This document shows, piece after piece, positions 41,701 through 50,773 of a DNA stretch of 51,151 bases; the first letter of the stretch is position 1; each line of letters starts with the position of its first letter. Source of the DNA: Nostoc sp. DedSLP01 (lineage in GTDB: Bacteria; Cyanobacteriota; Cyanobacteriia; Cyanobacteriales; Nostocaceae). Below the pieces are notes generated by a model. That model was given only the letters and a program-made list of their open reading frames with translations. It made no database searches and was not told the origin of the DNA. The stretch lies in NCBI GenBank assembly GCA_034530875.2, contig JAVRCJ020000049.1, positions 1-51,151 of the forward strand, read 5' to 3'. The translations under genes and the position numbers were made by a program.

Positions 41701-44209
41701 TTTCAGCCGCTTCTGTATAAAGGGCAAGGGTGAGGTCGCAATCATCTTCCCAAGGATTTTCTGGAAGCACTGCTAGTCCGGCTGTGAAGTATTTACTTGC
41801 CATTTCATAGGCGGTTGCAGCCTTGGCTTTTTGTCCTGCTTGTAGGTTCAGTTGAGCCAGTTCATGACGTTGAGCTAGATCCAATTCTTGCAGCCTGGAG
41901 ATTTCCTCTTTATTTTGGGCATTCAACAATCCGAGAGAAGTTTTTTGAGCCGTCAATCCCAGACCGTAATTCAATTGATTGACAATTTCAAAAATTTTCC
42001 CTTCCAGTTCTGCTTCGGGCGTATTTGTCCACAGTTGTTGCCCGATTTTGAAGTGGGTAGACCGTTTTCGATCTTCTGGAATCAGACTGTAGGCAGCTTG
42101 TTGGACGCGATCGTGTAAGAATTTATAAGGAACGGCAATCTCATCACTGCGAGCGATGTTGTCTGAGTTATTTGATTGGAAGAACTTGTAGGTTTCGCTA
42201 ATCGGCAGAATCAGCCCTTCTTGTAACGCCGTCCATAGGCTGGTCGCCGTATCAATAGTCGATTTTTCAGAGATTATTGCCAAGGTATTCAAATCAAATT
42301 GGTTGCCAATACAAGCCGCCAGTTTCAAAACCTCCTGTGTCTCCACCGGAAGTTTCTGCAACTGCAATGCCATGAACTCTACCACTCCATCGGTCAATGC
42401 CAACTGGCGCACCGAAGCTAGGTCGCATTGCCAGTGACCCAAGTTTGGTTGGAACTGAATGCAACCCTCCTCGTACAGTGCTTTGAGAAACTGGGTTGTA
42501 AAAAAGGGATTACCTTTGGTTTTTTGATATACCAATTGCGTCAGGGGTTGAGCCAGTTCATTGGGACAACTTAAAGTATCTGCCACCAACTGATTCACCG
42601 TTATTTCTGCCAGGGGTTTCAGGGTAATCGTATTGACGGTAGCTTGAGTTTGCTGAATCTGCTCCAGCGCCACTATCAAGGGATGAGTCGGAAAAACTTC
42701 ATTATCTCGATAAGCACCCAGAATGAGTAAATATCCACAACTGGCTTCACTCATCAATAGTTGCAACAAATTCAGAGAAGCCGAATCTGCCCATTGCAAG
42801 TCATCGAGAAACATCACCAGCGGATGTTCGGGGGTGGTAAAAACTTGGATAAATTTCTGAAAGAGCAAATTGAAACGATTTTGCGTAGCACTACCAGATA
42901 GTTCTGGGAGTGGCGGCTGCTGACCGATAATTCGCTCTAGTTCGGGAATCACATCAACGATCGCTTGTCCGTTTTCACCCACAGCCGCTAAAATTTTCGC
43001 TTTCCACTGGGCCAATTGGACATTACTCTCACTCAGCAGTTGTCCCATCAAATCGCGAAAGGCTTGCATAAAGGCACTGAACGGAATGTTACGCTGTAAC
43101 TGATCGTATTTGCCTTTGATAAAGTAACCGCGTTGTCTGACTATTGGTTTGTGGACTTCATTGATCGCTGCCGTTTTACCAATCCCGGAAAACCCTGCTA
43201 CTAGCATCATTTCTGAACTGCCATTAGCTACACGCTCAAAAGCTTGAAGCAAGGTTGCAACTTCTGTTTCTCGCCCATAGAGTTTTTCGGGGATAATAAA
43301 GCGATCGCACACATCCCGCTGTCCCAGGACAAAGGTTTCTATTCTACCCGTTGCTTTCCATTGATTGAGACAGCATTCTAAGTCATACTTCAAACCCAAG
43401 GCGCTCTGATACCGATCTTCGGCATTTTTCGCCATTAACTTTAATACTATCTGTGAGACGATGGCGGGAATTTCTGGATTAATGCTGTGTGGGGTGGGTG
43501 GGAGCTTGGCTAAATGACAGTGGATTAACTCCATTGGGTCATTGGACTGAAACGGTAATATTCCAGTCAAAAGTTCGTACAATGTCACCCCTAAAGCATA
43601 GAAATCACTGCGGTAATCGATGCCGCGATTCATTCGTCCGGTTTGCTCTGGGGAAAGATAGGCAAGAGTTCCTTCCAACACATTGGGATTTTGGATTTCT
43701 TGGGTTTCCCGAGGAAGGAGGGAGGCAATGCTGAAGTCAATCAGTTTGACTTGTTGCGATTCTGGATGAATCAGAATGTTGGCAGGTTTAATATCTTTGT
43801 GTATGATTCGATGCTGACAGACATCATGGAGAATATCGGCAATTTGTCGGGCAATTTCTAAGATTTCCGGTAAAGACAGGGAATATTTTTGCGTATAACT
43901 CCGTAGGGAAATACCGCCAAAGTCTTCCATCACCAAAGCATAGCTGTTACCGTACACTTCTAGGCTGTAGGGATGAGTTATGCCAGGAATGTTGAGATTT
44001 TTGGTAATTGTATACTGATTGCGAAACTGTAATAATTCGTTAAAAGAGGGGTAGTCTTGCTGTAATAGTTTAATCACCACTGGACGCTGACTTGACTCCT
44101 CCACTGCTCGATAAACTATTGTCTGAGAACCTGCATAGAGTTGTTCAACAATGACATAACCAGGAAGGTGCGGCAATGAATTCGAGTAGGGGAGCGCTGC
44201 CAGTGTCAT
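38753..44209 (-). CDS. Ser/Thr kinase-AAA ATPase-GAF-histidine kinase multidomain protein
   Basis: HKDIKPANI, DFS, GTLAYLSPEQTG; Walker A GFSGIGKT; FLDDLQWAD; GAF (ILYLENN); HEINNP. Confidence 0.95.
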   Translation of the reverse strand: MTLAALPYSNSLPHLPGYVIVEQLYAGSQTIVYRAVEESSQRPVVIKLLQQDYPSFNELLQFRNQYTITKNLNIPGITHPYSLEVYGNSYALVMEDFGGISLRSYTQKYSLSLPEILEIARQIADILHDVCQHRIIHKDIKPANILIHPESQQVKLIDFSIASLLPRETQEIQNPNVLEGTLAYLSPEQTGRMNRGIDYRSDFYALGVTLYELLTGILPFQSNDPMELIHCHLAKLPPTPHSINPEIPAIVSQIVLKLMAKNAEDRYQSALGLKYDLECCLNQWKATGRIETFVLGQRDVCDRFIIPEKLYGRETEVATLLQAFERVANGSSEMMLVAGFSGIGKTAAINEVHKPIVRQRGYFIKGKYDQLQRNIPFSAFMQAFRDLMGQLLSESNVQLAQWKAKILAAVGENGQAIVDVIPELERIIGQQPPLPELSGSATQNRFNLLFQKFIQVFTTPEHPLVMFLDDLQWADSASLNLLQLLMSEASCGYLLILGAYRDNEVFPTHPLIVALEQIQQTQATVNTITLKPLAEITVNQLVADTLSCPNELAQPLTQLVYQKTKGNPFFTTQFLKALYEEGCIQFQPNLGHWQCDLASVRQLALTDGVVEFMALQLQKLPVETQEVLKLAACIGNQFDLNTLAIISEKSTIDTATSLWTALQEGLILPISETYKFFQSNNSDNIARSDEIAVPYKFLHDRVQQAAYSLIPEDRKRSTHFKIGQQLWTNTPEAELEGKIFEIVNQLNYGLGLTAQKTSLGLLNAQNKEEISRLQELDLAQRHELAQLNLQAGQKAKAATAYEMASKYFTAGLAVLPENPWEDDCDLTLALYTEAAEIEYLTAHFEQAEKLSEIVLQHAQDLLQKVKMYEIKIYFYIAQNQMLAAIDTSLQVLEFLGEPLFKEPPLELAIEDLINLPEMVDPHKLAAMRITIAMVTPSLNAKPDLLPPIAYTLVNLSIQFGNSAFSAFGYTFYGLVLCSNPSGIARGYRFGQLGLKLLDRFNARKLHAKVINIFDVFVRHWQEPARKTIAPLREAIQVGLEVGDVEYACYNAASYCNYLFFIGEALEQVNQQQQKYIDLLLKFKQEYQIYFSQICRQLVLNLMGAAEDPLILVGESFDEGEMLPILIETQNGTLLFQLHLAKTILLFIFKDYKQALIHAQEAEKYRGNMVGFLQFAEHNFYYSLVLLATCSNGNEAEQRSVLEKVAENQKLMSQWAFQAPANHQHKYDLVEAERARILGYVDATMYYEKAIQGAKENGYIQEEALSNELAAKFYLNWGKENAAVDYIQQAYYCYAHWGAKAKVTDLEQQYPQLLTLILEPAHVAITSAATIPATVMKSVTKSSSSQNLYLDLQAVMKAAQAISQEIELEKLLASLMQITIANAGAQIGHLVLSQEEQWLVVAQADREVVKNLEIPLEQYSEIPHSLIYAVARTQETVVFEDLSRTVQFASDRYTIAHQPKSVLCTPISRQGKLIGILYLENNLIFGAFTSDRIEILQLLTSQAAISVENARLYQQTQNYSQTLKAEVEHKTQALNQKAQDLEQTLKKLQQTQGQLIHSEKMSSLGQLVAGIAHEINNPVNFIKGNLIHTENYVADMMSLLMLYEQEYPQPSQVIQDKRQEIDLDFLFEDANQILESMKLGSHRISQIVQSLRNFVRLDEAEIKEVDLHSGIESTLLILQHRLLASENQPEVRVIKEYGNLPLVTCYASQLNQVFLNIINNAIDAIRDNPQSSDRPEIRIRTGVIDREWLRIAIANTDSTIPESLQEKIFEPFFTTKPVGRGQGLGLFVCYSIIQQHRGNLTVRSQPTEGTEFEIVLPIH

Positions 44210-44361
44210 AGTGGAAAGTTAAAGTTGTCTAGAAGAAGTTTACAAATTTAATGTTTCCCAAGAATTTGTCAGACTCAACATTCCGTAATTTGTTGACATA
44301 ATTGGTTAGCCACCACTAGGCAAGAATGCTGCGAACTCGTGACTTGGGTAATTTGTTGATA

Positions 44362-44420
44362 TAACGAAGGCAGGAGGCAGTTCGTGCTGGAGGCCGTTTT
44401 TGTAACGAGGATTCATACCC
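44362..44420 (-). repeat. Dispersed repeat copy 3, truncated by the adjacent MITE
   Basis: Reverse complement GGGTATGAATCCTCGTTACAAAAACGGCCTCCAGCACGAACTGCCTCCTGCCTTCGTTA. Confidence 0.88.
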
Positions 44421-44607
44421 GAATGGCACTAAGATAACGGCAAATTCATTATTTATAAAGCTTTTGGGTGTGGAGTGTAGGGTATAGGGTGTGGGGAACT
44501 AAAAAGATGTATCTCTCTTGACGCACTAAAATTTAATGTCTATTAACACTACACCCTACCCCCAACACCCTGCCCTGGCGAGGTTTCATCTTTTCTTAGT
44601 GCCATTC
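44421..44607. mobile_element. MITE (187 bp) with 14-bp perfect TIRs
   Basis: GAATGGCACTAAGA (44421) and TCTTAGTGCCATTC (44594-44607); internal inverted STRR arrays; no TSD visible. Confidence 0.8.
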
Positions 44608-44877
44608 ATATATGAGGTTGCGATCGCTTCAGTTGCCTACTCATCTATCTGGATACCCAGATTTTTGATGTGTTCTTGCACCTCTACTACACCAAGTTCA
44701 TCAGCTAGCCCTATAAATGCACTGTCTAATTCTGTACAGCAACTAAATTATTTGTCATTGGTGATATATTACAAATTTTTCATCTAGCGACAGCAATTTC
44801 ATCATTGATATTGATAAAGGTCAATGAGATTTATTTTCTGATGAGTAAAAATACTGGTTTGAGTCTATTCAGTTGTT

Positions 44878-44903
44878 AAAAGCCTTGCTATACAGGCTTT
44901 TTT
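44878..44903. terminator. Terminator-like hairpin upstream of the NRPS
   Basis: AAAAGCCT-TGCTATAC-AGGCTTTTTT. Confidence 0.4.
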
Positions 44904-45018
44904 GGCGAAAACAATTTGTCATAACAACAGATAATCAGTCACTGTAAGCTTTCTACTGTGACTAGCCAATTTCAGTATCGAAGAATAAAATAAAAGTTAT
45001 AAAAAATACTTCAAAATT

Positions 45019-48000
45019 ATGAATGATTATACTGAGACTTCTCAACAGAATGTTACTCTAACCACGGCAGTACAAGACCAGTCGCTTCTCGAATGGAATG
45101 AAAATCCAGCAGCTTGCGTAAGTAATATATGTATCCATCAGTTGTTTGAATCCCAAGTAGAAAAAACACCTGAAGAAATAGCAGTCATTTTTGAAGACAA
45201 GCAGATTTCTTACCTAGAACTTAACCAACGAGCTAATCAGCTAGCGCACTATCTACAGACTCTAAATGTTAAACCTGAGGTTCTAGTTGGTATTTGCTTG
45301 GAGCGATCGCTGGAAACCATCGTTGGACTATTAGCTATTCTCAAAGCAGGCGCAGCTTATGTCCCTTTAGATCCAACCTATCCCTCAGAGCGCCTAGCCT
45401 TGATGTTAGAGGACTCACAGTTACCAATACTACTCACCAAACAACATCTACTTGCAAAGCTTCCAGACCATCAGGCCAGTATAGTTTGTCTAGATAGCGA
45501 TCGGGATCTGATTACTCAACAAAGCCAAGAAAATCTAACCTGTCTAGCGACAGATGAAAACCTGTCCTATGTAATTTATACTTCCGGTTCGACTGGTAAA
45601 CCTAAGGGGGTAGCTATCGAACATCACAGTGCAGTGGCTCTTTTGCATTGGGCCAGAGAAGTTTTTACTAATGAGGATCTAGCTGGAGTTCTAGCCGCAA
45701 CATCTATTTGCTTCGATCTCTCAGTTTTCGAGATATTTGTTCCCCTCAGTTGGGGTGGTAAGGTAATTTTGGCAGAAAATGCCTTGTATTTACCTACTTT
45801 ACCTGCTGCTCAACAAGTCACCCTGATTAATACAGTGCCATCTGCGATCGCAGAGTTACTTAGAGTTCAAGGTATACCGACTTCTGTTCGTACCGTTAAC
45901 TTAGCAGGCGAACCTCTGCAAAATCGTTTGGTGCAGCAGCTCTATCAGTTGGACAATATTCAAAAAGTCTTTAATCTATACGGTCCTACAGAAGATACGA
46001 CCTATTCCACATTTGCTCTGGTGAAGAAAGGCGATCCCAGCGTGACTATCGGTCGTCCGATAACCAACACATACTGTCTTCTGTTGGATAAACACATGCA
46101 GCCAGTACCCACAGGTGCTTCTGGGGAACTGTACATTGGTGGTGAGGGAGTAGCCAGAGGCTATCTCAACCGCCCAGAACTGACAGATCGACGATTCATC
46201 CCCAACCCTTTTGAGGAAGCAGGAGGCAGTCCCGATGAAACAACTTTCACCACCAAGTATGAAAGTGGTCTTTCCCCTACTCCCTACTCCCTACTCCCTA
46301 CTCCCCACTTACAAGTCAGGAGGCAGAAGGCAGGAGGGAGTAAATTATATAAAACTGGGGATTTAGCTCGCTACTTACCAGATGGCAACATTGAGTATAT
46401 TGGGCGCATTGACCAACAAGTAAAGATTCGCGGCTTCCGTATTGAGCTAGGAGAAATTGAAAATGTATTGTGGCAACATCCAGACTTGCAAGAAGCTGTA
46501 GTGGTTGCGAGAGAATTTTCCCCTGGCGATCGACGCCTAATAGCTTACGTAGTTCCCAAGCCCGAACTACCAGAAATGAATGTCGGTAATTTACGCCGTT
46601 TTCTCAAACAGAAATTGCCTGACTACACGATTCCTTCTCGCTTTGTGCAATTGAGTGCTTTACCCTTAACAGCTAACGGAAAAGTCGATCGCAAGGCACT
46701 TCCAGCACCCACTCAAAGTTTGAATGCAAATGAGAATTTTGTTGCTCCTCGCACCCCTATTGAGGAACGATTAGCAGAAATTTGGTCTACAGTATTGGGA
46801 CTAAAAAACATTGGCGTCGATGACAATTTCTTAGCGTTGGGAGGACATTCCTTACTAGCCTTTCAGATTCTCTGCCGCATCCGCGATATCTTTCAAGTTG
46901 ATTTGCCAATACGACATTTCTTTGAAGCGGCTACCATCGCTGAAATAGCCCAAAGCATTATCCAAGCACAACAGGAAGACAAAGGATGCTCTGTCGTGCC
47001 AATACAATCGATTGGGCGCGATGCCTGGGTTGGACGTAGCCATCAGGATTTACCGCTTTCCTTTGGCCAAGAACGGTTGTGGTTTCTCGATCGGTTAGTG
47101 CCCAACCATGCTTTTTACAATGTTCCCGAAGCTTTTCGTATCAGAGGTGTACTCAATACCACAATATTAGAACAGAGCTTGAATGAAATTATCAATCGTC
47201 ATGAAGTTCTGCGAACTACCTATTCCAGCCTCAACGGACAACCCATACAAGTCATTCACTCAACTTTTCCCATCAAACTCTTAGTGGTGAATCTCCAAGG
47301 GCTGTCTCCAGATGAGCAGGAATCTCAAGTCTGGCACATCGTCCTTGAAGAAGCCCAACGTCCTTTCGATTTAGCTCAAGGGCCATTGCTGCGAACAAGG
47401 TTACTGCAAGTGAGTTCAAAGGAACATATATTCCTCCTCAACCTGCACCACATTCTTTGTGATGATTGGTCGTTAACTGTTTTATTCGAGGAACTGTCAG
47501 CTCTGTATCAAGCTTTCTCCACAGGTAACTCTTCTCCTCTTCCTGACTTAGCTCTTCAGTATGCAGACTTTGCAGTTTGGCAACGGCAGTGGTTGCAAGG
47601 TGAAATTTTAGATCGTAAGCTTGTTTATTGGCAACAACATTTGAGTGGCAATCTACCCATATTAGAATTGCCTACCGATTATCCACGACCATTAGAGCCA
47701 ACATATCAGGGGGCGCGTCAATCGGTCGTTATCCCCAAATCCCTAACCGATGCCCTCAATGCTCTTTCACACCAAGAAGGCACTACTTTGTTTATGACCT
47801 TGTTGGCAGCATTTCAGGCACTCCTATTTCGCTACACAGAGCAAGAAGACATTTTAGTAGGCGCTCCTATTAGCAACCGCCACCGTTCTGAGTTAGAAGG
47901 ACTAATTGGGTTTTTGCTCAATACTTTGGTATTGCGAACCAACTTGTCTGGCTCCCCAAGTTTCCGGCAGTTGTTAGGCCGAGTGCGGGAAGTAGCTTTA

Positions 48001-49980
48001 TCGGGTTATACTCACCAAGACTTACCGTTTGAGAAGCTAGTTGATGCCCTACAAATCCAACGGGGCTTGAAGCAAAATCCACTGATTTCAGTGATGTTTC
48101 ATCTTCAAAATACCCCAATGCCTAAGCTGACTGTTCCCGGATTGACAATGAACCGCCTGGGAATTGACAACGGGACATCCAAGTTCGATCTATACCTCGA
48201 ACTGCGCGAGACAGCAGCAGGGATATCGGGCAACTTGGAATATAGTACTGACCTATTTAAAGCTGAAACGATCGCTTTGATGGTGGAACATTTTTCTACT
48301 CTATTAGAGAGTATTGTCTCTAATCCAGACCAGACAATTTCCAACTTACCTTTGTTAACATTACCTGGCAATCGTCAGACTCACCGAGGCGACGGACAAA
48401 CTAAGCAGATATATAACGGCAATGTAGATCTTCGCAGTCTACCAGAGCCTGAAATGGATAGAAGCGATTTGCAAGCAGCATTTGTCGCACCTCGTACCCC
48501 GATTGAGAAACAAATGGCTGAAATTTGGAGCCGAGTTCTGGCTATCGTAGAAGTTGGGATTCATGATAATTTCTTTGAGCTTGGTGGTAATTCCCTGCTA
48601 GCATCTCAGTTGATTTTTTATGTGAAAGAAACTTTTCAAGTAGATTTACCCCTAAAAAGTCTATTTGACAAATCCACTATAGAAGCGCTGGCTCAGGTGA
48701 TAGAGACAGTGCGTCGAGATGGCGTTTCTTGTTTGACTAGTGCGATCGATTTAAAATCTGAGGTAGTACTCGATGCAGCGATCGATGCCCGAGGAAAGGC
48801 TGTTGCTCAGGTTCACGAACTGCGTCATATTTTTCTTACAGGAGCTACAGGCTTTTTAGGGGCTTTTTTACTTGATGAATTGCTACATCAAACTCAAGCA
48901 AAAATATACTGCCTGGTGCGCTCCCAGAACGAGGATGAAGGGTTGAAAAAGATTCAACAAAACCTAGAAAAATATTCCCTTCATCACCCAAATTTTAGCT
49001 CTCATGTAATTGCGATTCCGGGAGACTTAGAACAGCCATATTTGGGCCTTCCTATTGAAGACTTTGAAAAACTGGGTCTGCAAATTGATACCATTTATCA
49101 CAGTGCTGCCCAAGTCAATTTTGCTAAACCATACTTTGCGATCGAAGCATCCAATGTCCTCGGAACTCAAGAAGTTCTCAGATTAGCTTGTATGGGCAAA
49201 GTCAAACCAATGCATTACATTTCTACCGTTGCTGTTTTTGGTGCAATTAGCCATTTTACAGGACAAAAAGTAGTTTACGAAGATGACAACATCGAGTCTT
49301 GTCAAGACTATGTTGCTCTGGATCTTGGCTATTCTCAAACCAAATGGGTAGCTGAAAATCTTGTATGGGTTGCCAAGTCTAGGGGAATACCTGTTAGCAT
49401 CTTCAGAACAGGATTTCTCATGGGACATAGCAGTACAGGTATTGCTCATACAAAAGATTCTTATGTGCCTAGAGTTATTAAAGGATGCATACAGCTTGGT
49501 AGTTATCCTGAACTCATAGATCAAAAAGAAGAATTGATTCCTGTGGATTATGCAGCTAGAGCAATTGTCCATTTATCCAAAAAGCAAGAATCTCTAGGAA
49601 AAGCTTTCCATATAGTACCTCCGCCAGACCAAAATATTCCAATCATGGAGCTTTTTGAGTTTATTTGTTCTTATGGTTACCAACTCCAGAAGTTACCATA
49701 TACTCAGTGGAAAGATGAGCTAATTGCAAGTTTCAGGCACTCTCAGGAAAATGCTTTACATCCGCTTTTATCGATGATGTCTGAAAAAGTCTATGAAAAT
49801 TCTCTGACAATCATGGAGTTGTATCAAAATACAGTTGATTATGACTATCAGAATACCCTCAAAGGATTGGCGGATTCTGCAATTACTTGTCCATCAATGG
49901 ATGCAAAGCTGCTGGATAAATACTTCTCATATTTCATTAGTAGTGGTTTCTTAAATTCACCACCCTCAAGGCATGAGTAA
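45019..49980 (+). CDS. Stand-alone NRPS, A-T-C-T-R (terminal thioester reductase)
   Basis: A cores YTSGSTGKPKG, NLYGPTE, YKTGD, NGKVDR; T LGGHSL; C HHILCDDWS; T LGGNSL; R LTGATGFLG and GYSQTK. Confidence 0.95.
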   Translation: MNDYTETSQQNVTLTTAVQDQSLLEWNENPAACVSNICIHQLFESQVEKTPEEIAVIFEDKQISYLELNQRANQLAHYLQTLNVKPEVLVGICLERSLETIVGLLAILKAGAAYVPLDPTYPSERLALMLEDSQLPILLTKQHLLAKLPDHQASIVCLDSDRDLITQQSQENLTCLATDENLSYVIYTSGSTGKPKGVAIEHHSAVALLHWAREVFTNEDLAGVLAATSICFDLSVFEIFVPLSWGGKVILAENALYLPTLPAAQQVTLINTVPSAIAELLRVQGIPTSVRTVNLAGEPLQNRLVQQLYQLDNIQKVFNLYGPTEDTTYSTFALVKKGDPSVTIGRPITNTYCLLLDKHMQPVPTGASGELYIGGEGVARGYLNRPELTDRRFIPNPFEEAGGSPDETTFTTKYESGLSPTPYSLLPTPHLQVRRQKAGGSKLYKTGDLARYLPDGNIEYIGRIDQQVKIRGFRIELGEIENVLWQHPDLQEAVVVAREFSPGDRRLIAYVVPKPELPEMNVGNLRRFLKQKLPDYTIPSRFVQLSALPLTANGKVDRKALPAPTQSLNANENFVAPRTPIEERLAEIWSTVLGLKNIGVDDNFLALGGHSLLAFQILCRIRDIFQVDLPIRHFFEAATIAEIAQSIIQAQQEDKGCSVVPIQSIGRDAWVGRSHQDLPLSFGQERLWFLDRLVPNHAFYNVPEAFRIRGVLNTTILEQSLNEIINRHEVLRTTYSSLNGQPIQVIHSTFPIKLLVVNLQGLSPDEQESQVWHIVLEEAQRPFDLAQGPLLRTRLLQVSSKEHIFLLNLHHILCDDWSLTVLFEELSALYQAFSTGNSSPLPDLALQYADFAVWQRQWLQGEILDRKLVYWQQHLSGNLPILELPTDYPRPLEPTYQGARQSVVIPKSLTDALNALSHQEGTTLFMTLLAAFQALLFRYTEQEDILVGAPISNRHRSELEGLIGFLLNTLVLRTNLSGSPSFRQLLGRVREVALSGYTHQDLPFEKLVDALQIQRGLKQNPLISVMFHLQNTPMPKLTVPGLTMNRLGIDNGTSKFDLYLELRETAAGISGNLEYSTDLFKAETIALMVEHFSTLLESIVSNPDQTISNLPLLTLPGNRQTHRGDGQTKQIYNGNVDLRSLPEPEMDRSDLQAAFVAPRTPIEKQMAEIWSRVLAIVEVGIHDNFFELGGNSLLASQLIFYVKETFQVDLPLKSLFDKSTIEALAQVIETVRRDGVSCLTSAIDLKSEVVLDAAIDARGKAVAQVHELRHIFLTGATGFLGAFLLDELLHQTQAKIYCLVRSQNEDEGLKKIQQNLEKYSLHHPNFSSHVIAIPGDLEQPYLGLPIEDFEKLGLQIDTIYHSAAQVNFAKPYFAIEASNVLGTQEVLRLACMGKVKPMHYISTVAVFGAISHFTGQKVVYEDDNIESCQDYVALDLGYSQTKWVAENLVWVAKSRGIPVSIFRTGFLMGHSSTGIAHTKDSYVPRVIKGCIQLGSYPELIDQKEELIPVDYAARAIVHLSKKQESLGKAFHIVPPPDQNIPIMELFEFICSYGYQLQKLPYTQWKDELIASFRHSQENALHPLLSMMSEKVYENSLTIMELYQNTVDYDYQNTLKGLADSAITCPSMDAKLLDKYFSYFISSGFLNSPPSRHE
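46219..46326 (+). repeat. In-frame copy of the 833-921 repeat inside the NRPS A domain
   Basis: Sequence identity with the reverse complement of 833-921; flanked by CAGGAGGCAG direct repeats (46220-46229, 46317-46326). Confidence 0.9.
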
Positions 49981-50030
49981 CCGTTTGCACTATAATTTTG
50001 AGCGATCGCATAGGAAAAAATACCTTGAGA

Positions 50031-50219
50031 ATGTTAAGATGCCTAACTTTTGAGTACTAGAAGTGTTTACTCTCTTTGGAGCAGATTTTAAGACTCAAAG
50101 TAGTAAAGCAATCATCCAGCTAGGAGATAACAAGCCGGATCGCTAAAAACTATAATTAGCAATCTTAACCAAAATACTTCTATCCCGCTAAGTAACATGC
50201 CTAGCGGGTTTTATTTATT
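50031..50219 (+). ncRNA. Candidate structured ncRNA A
   Basis: Closing stem, three internal hairpins and an intrinsic terminator; no credible ORF; TATAAT at 49991. Confidence 0.35.
50184..50219 (+). terminator. Intrinsic terminator A
   Basis: CCCGCTAAG...CCTAGCGGG followed by TTTTATTTATT. Confidence 0.75.
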
Positions 50220-50230
50220 GGAATCAACTT

Positions 50231-50345
50231 ATACCAATTCTGTATGAAGATGCACATAATCAAGACCCCCCTGTAGTCCCCCCTTGCTAAGGGGGGACGG
50301 CGTAGCCGGGGGGTAAATGTATGCAGCTTCACAAACAAACGGTAT
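50231..50345. mobile_element. MITE-like palindromic repeat
   Basis: ATACCAATTCTGTATGAAGATGCA ... TGCAGCTTCACAAACAAACGGTAT imperfect TIRs with internal GC hairpin CCCCCCTT-GCT-AAGGGGGG. Confidence 0.7.
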
Positions 50346-50397
50346 TAAAAGTGTTTACATTGTTAATTTTTGTAAAAAAGCACGAATCCCTGCGAAA

Positions 50398-50565
50398 AAT
50401 TTGAGTCTTTGGTAGATAACACGATAGAGGTAAAAAGTAAAGTAAACTGTGCGAACTTTCTAGCAGTTTGTAATATCTAATAATTCTCAAATTAGACAAT
50501 TAAAAACAGAACAATGTGCTTTTCAAAGCCCGCTAAGTATAGTCTTAGTGGGCTTTTACTTATTT
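50398..50565 (+). ncRNA. Candidate structured ncRNA B
   Basis: AATTTGAG/CTCAAATT, TAGATA/TATCTA and AAACTG/CAGTTT nested stems, then a terminator paralogous to A. Confidence 0.3.
50525..50565 (+). terminator. Intrinsic terminator B
   Basis: AAAGCCCGCTAAG-TATAGT-CTTAGTGGGCTTTT-ACTTATTT. Confidence 0.75.
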
Positions 50566-50773
50566 GGAACTGATGGAAATCCCGACTGCTCCCAAACATT
50601 CCCAACTCTGCCCAGAAGTTGAAAGGAGTAAAATATGCAAAAATTTTTGCCCATTTTCAAGTCACATTACAAATTACATTAATAGTACATAATTGGAATG
50701 CAAAATACCCGAATTAGCAGTTGTATGTCTAGTTATGCTTTGAAAATGCAGTGAAAATTATCTGCTACAAACC

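Noticed and set aside
44536..44787. 83-aa ORF upstream of the NRPS
   Set aside because: Starts inside the MITE and reads through its TIR; no protein-like features
1313..49572. Numerous 60-140 aa ORFs antisense or out of frame within long genes
   Set aside because: Shadow ORFs of well-supported CDSs
50031..50170. Retron msr-msd interpretation of unit A
   Set aside because: The topology is loosely similar, but no reverse transcriptase is present in the window and the terminator orientation does not fit
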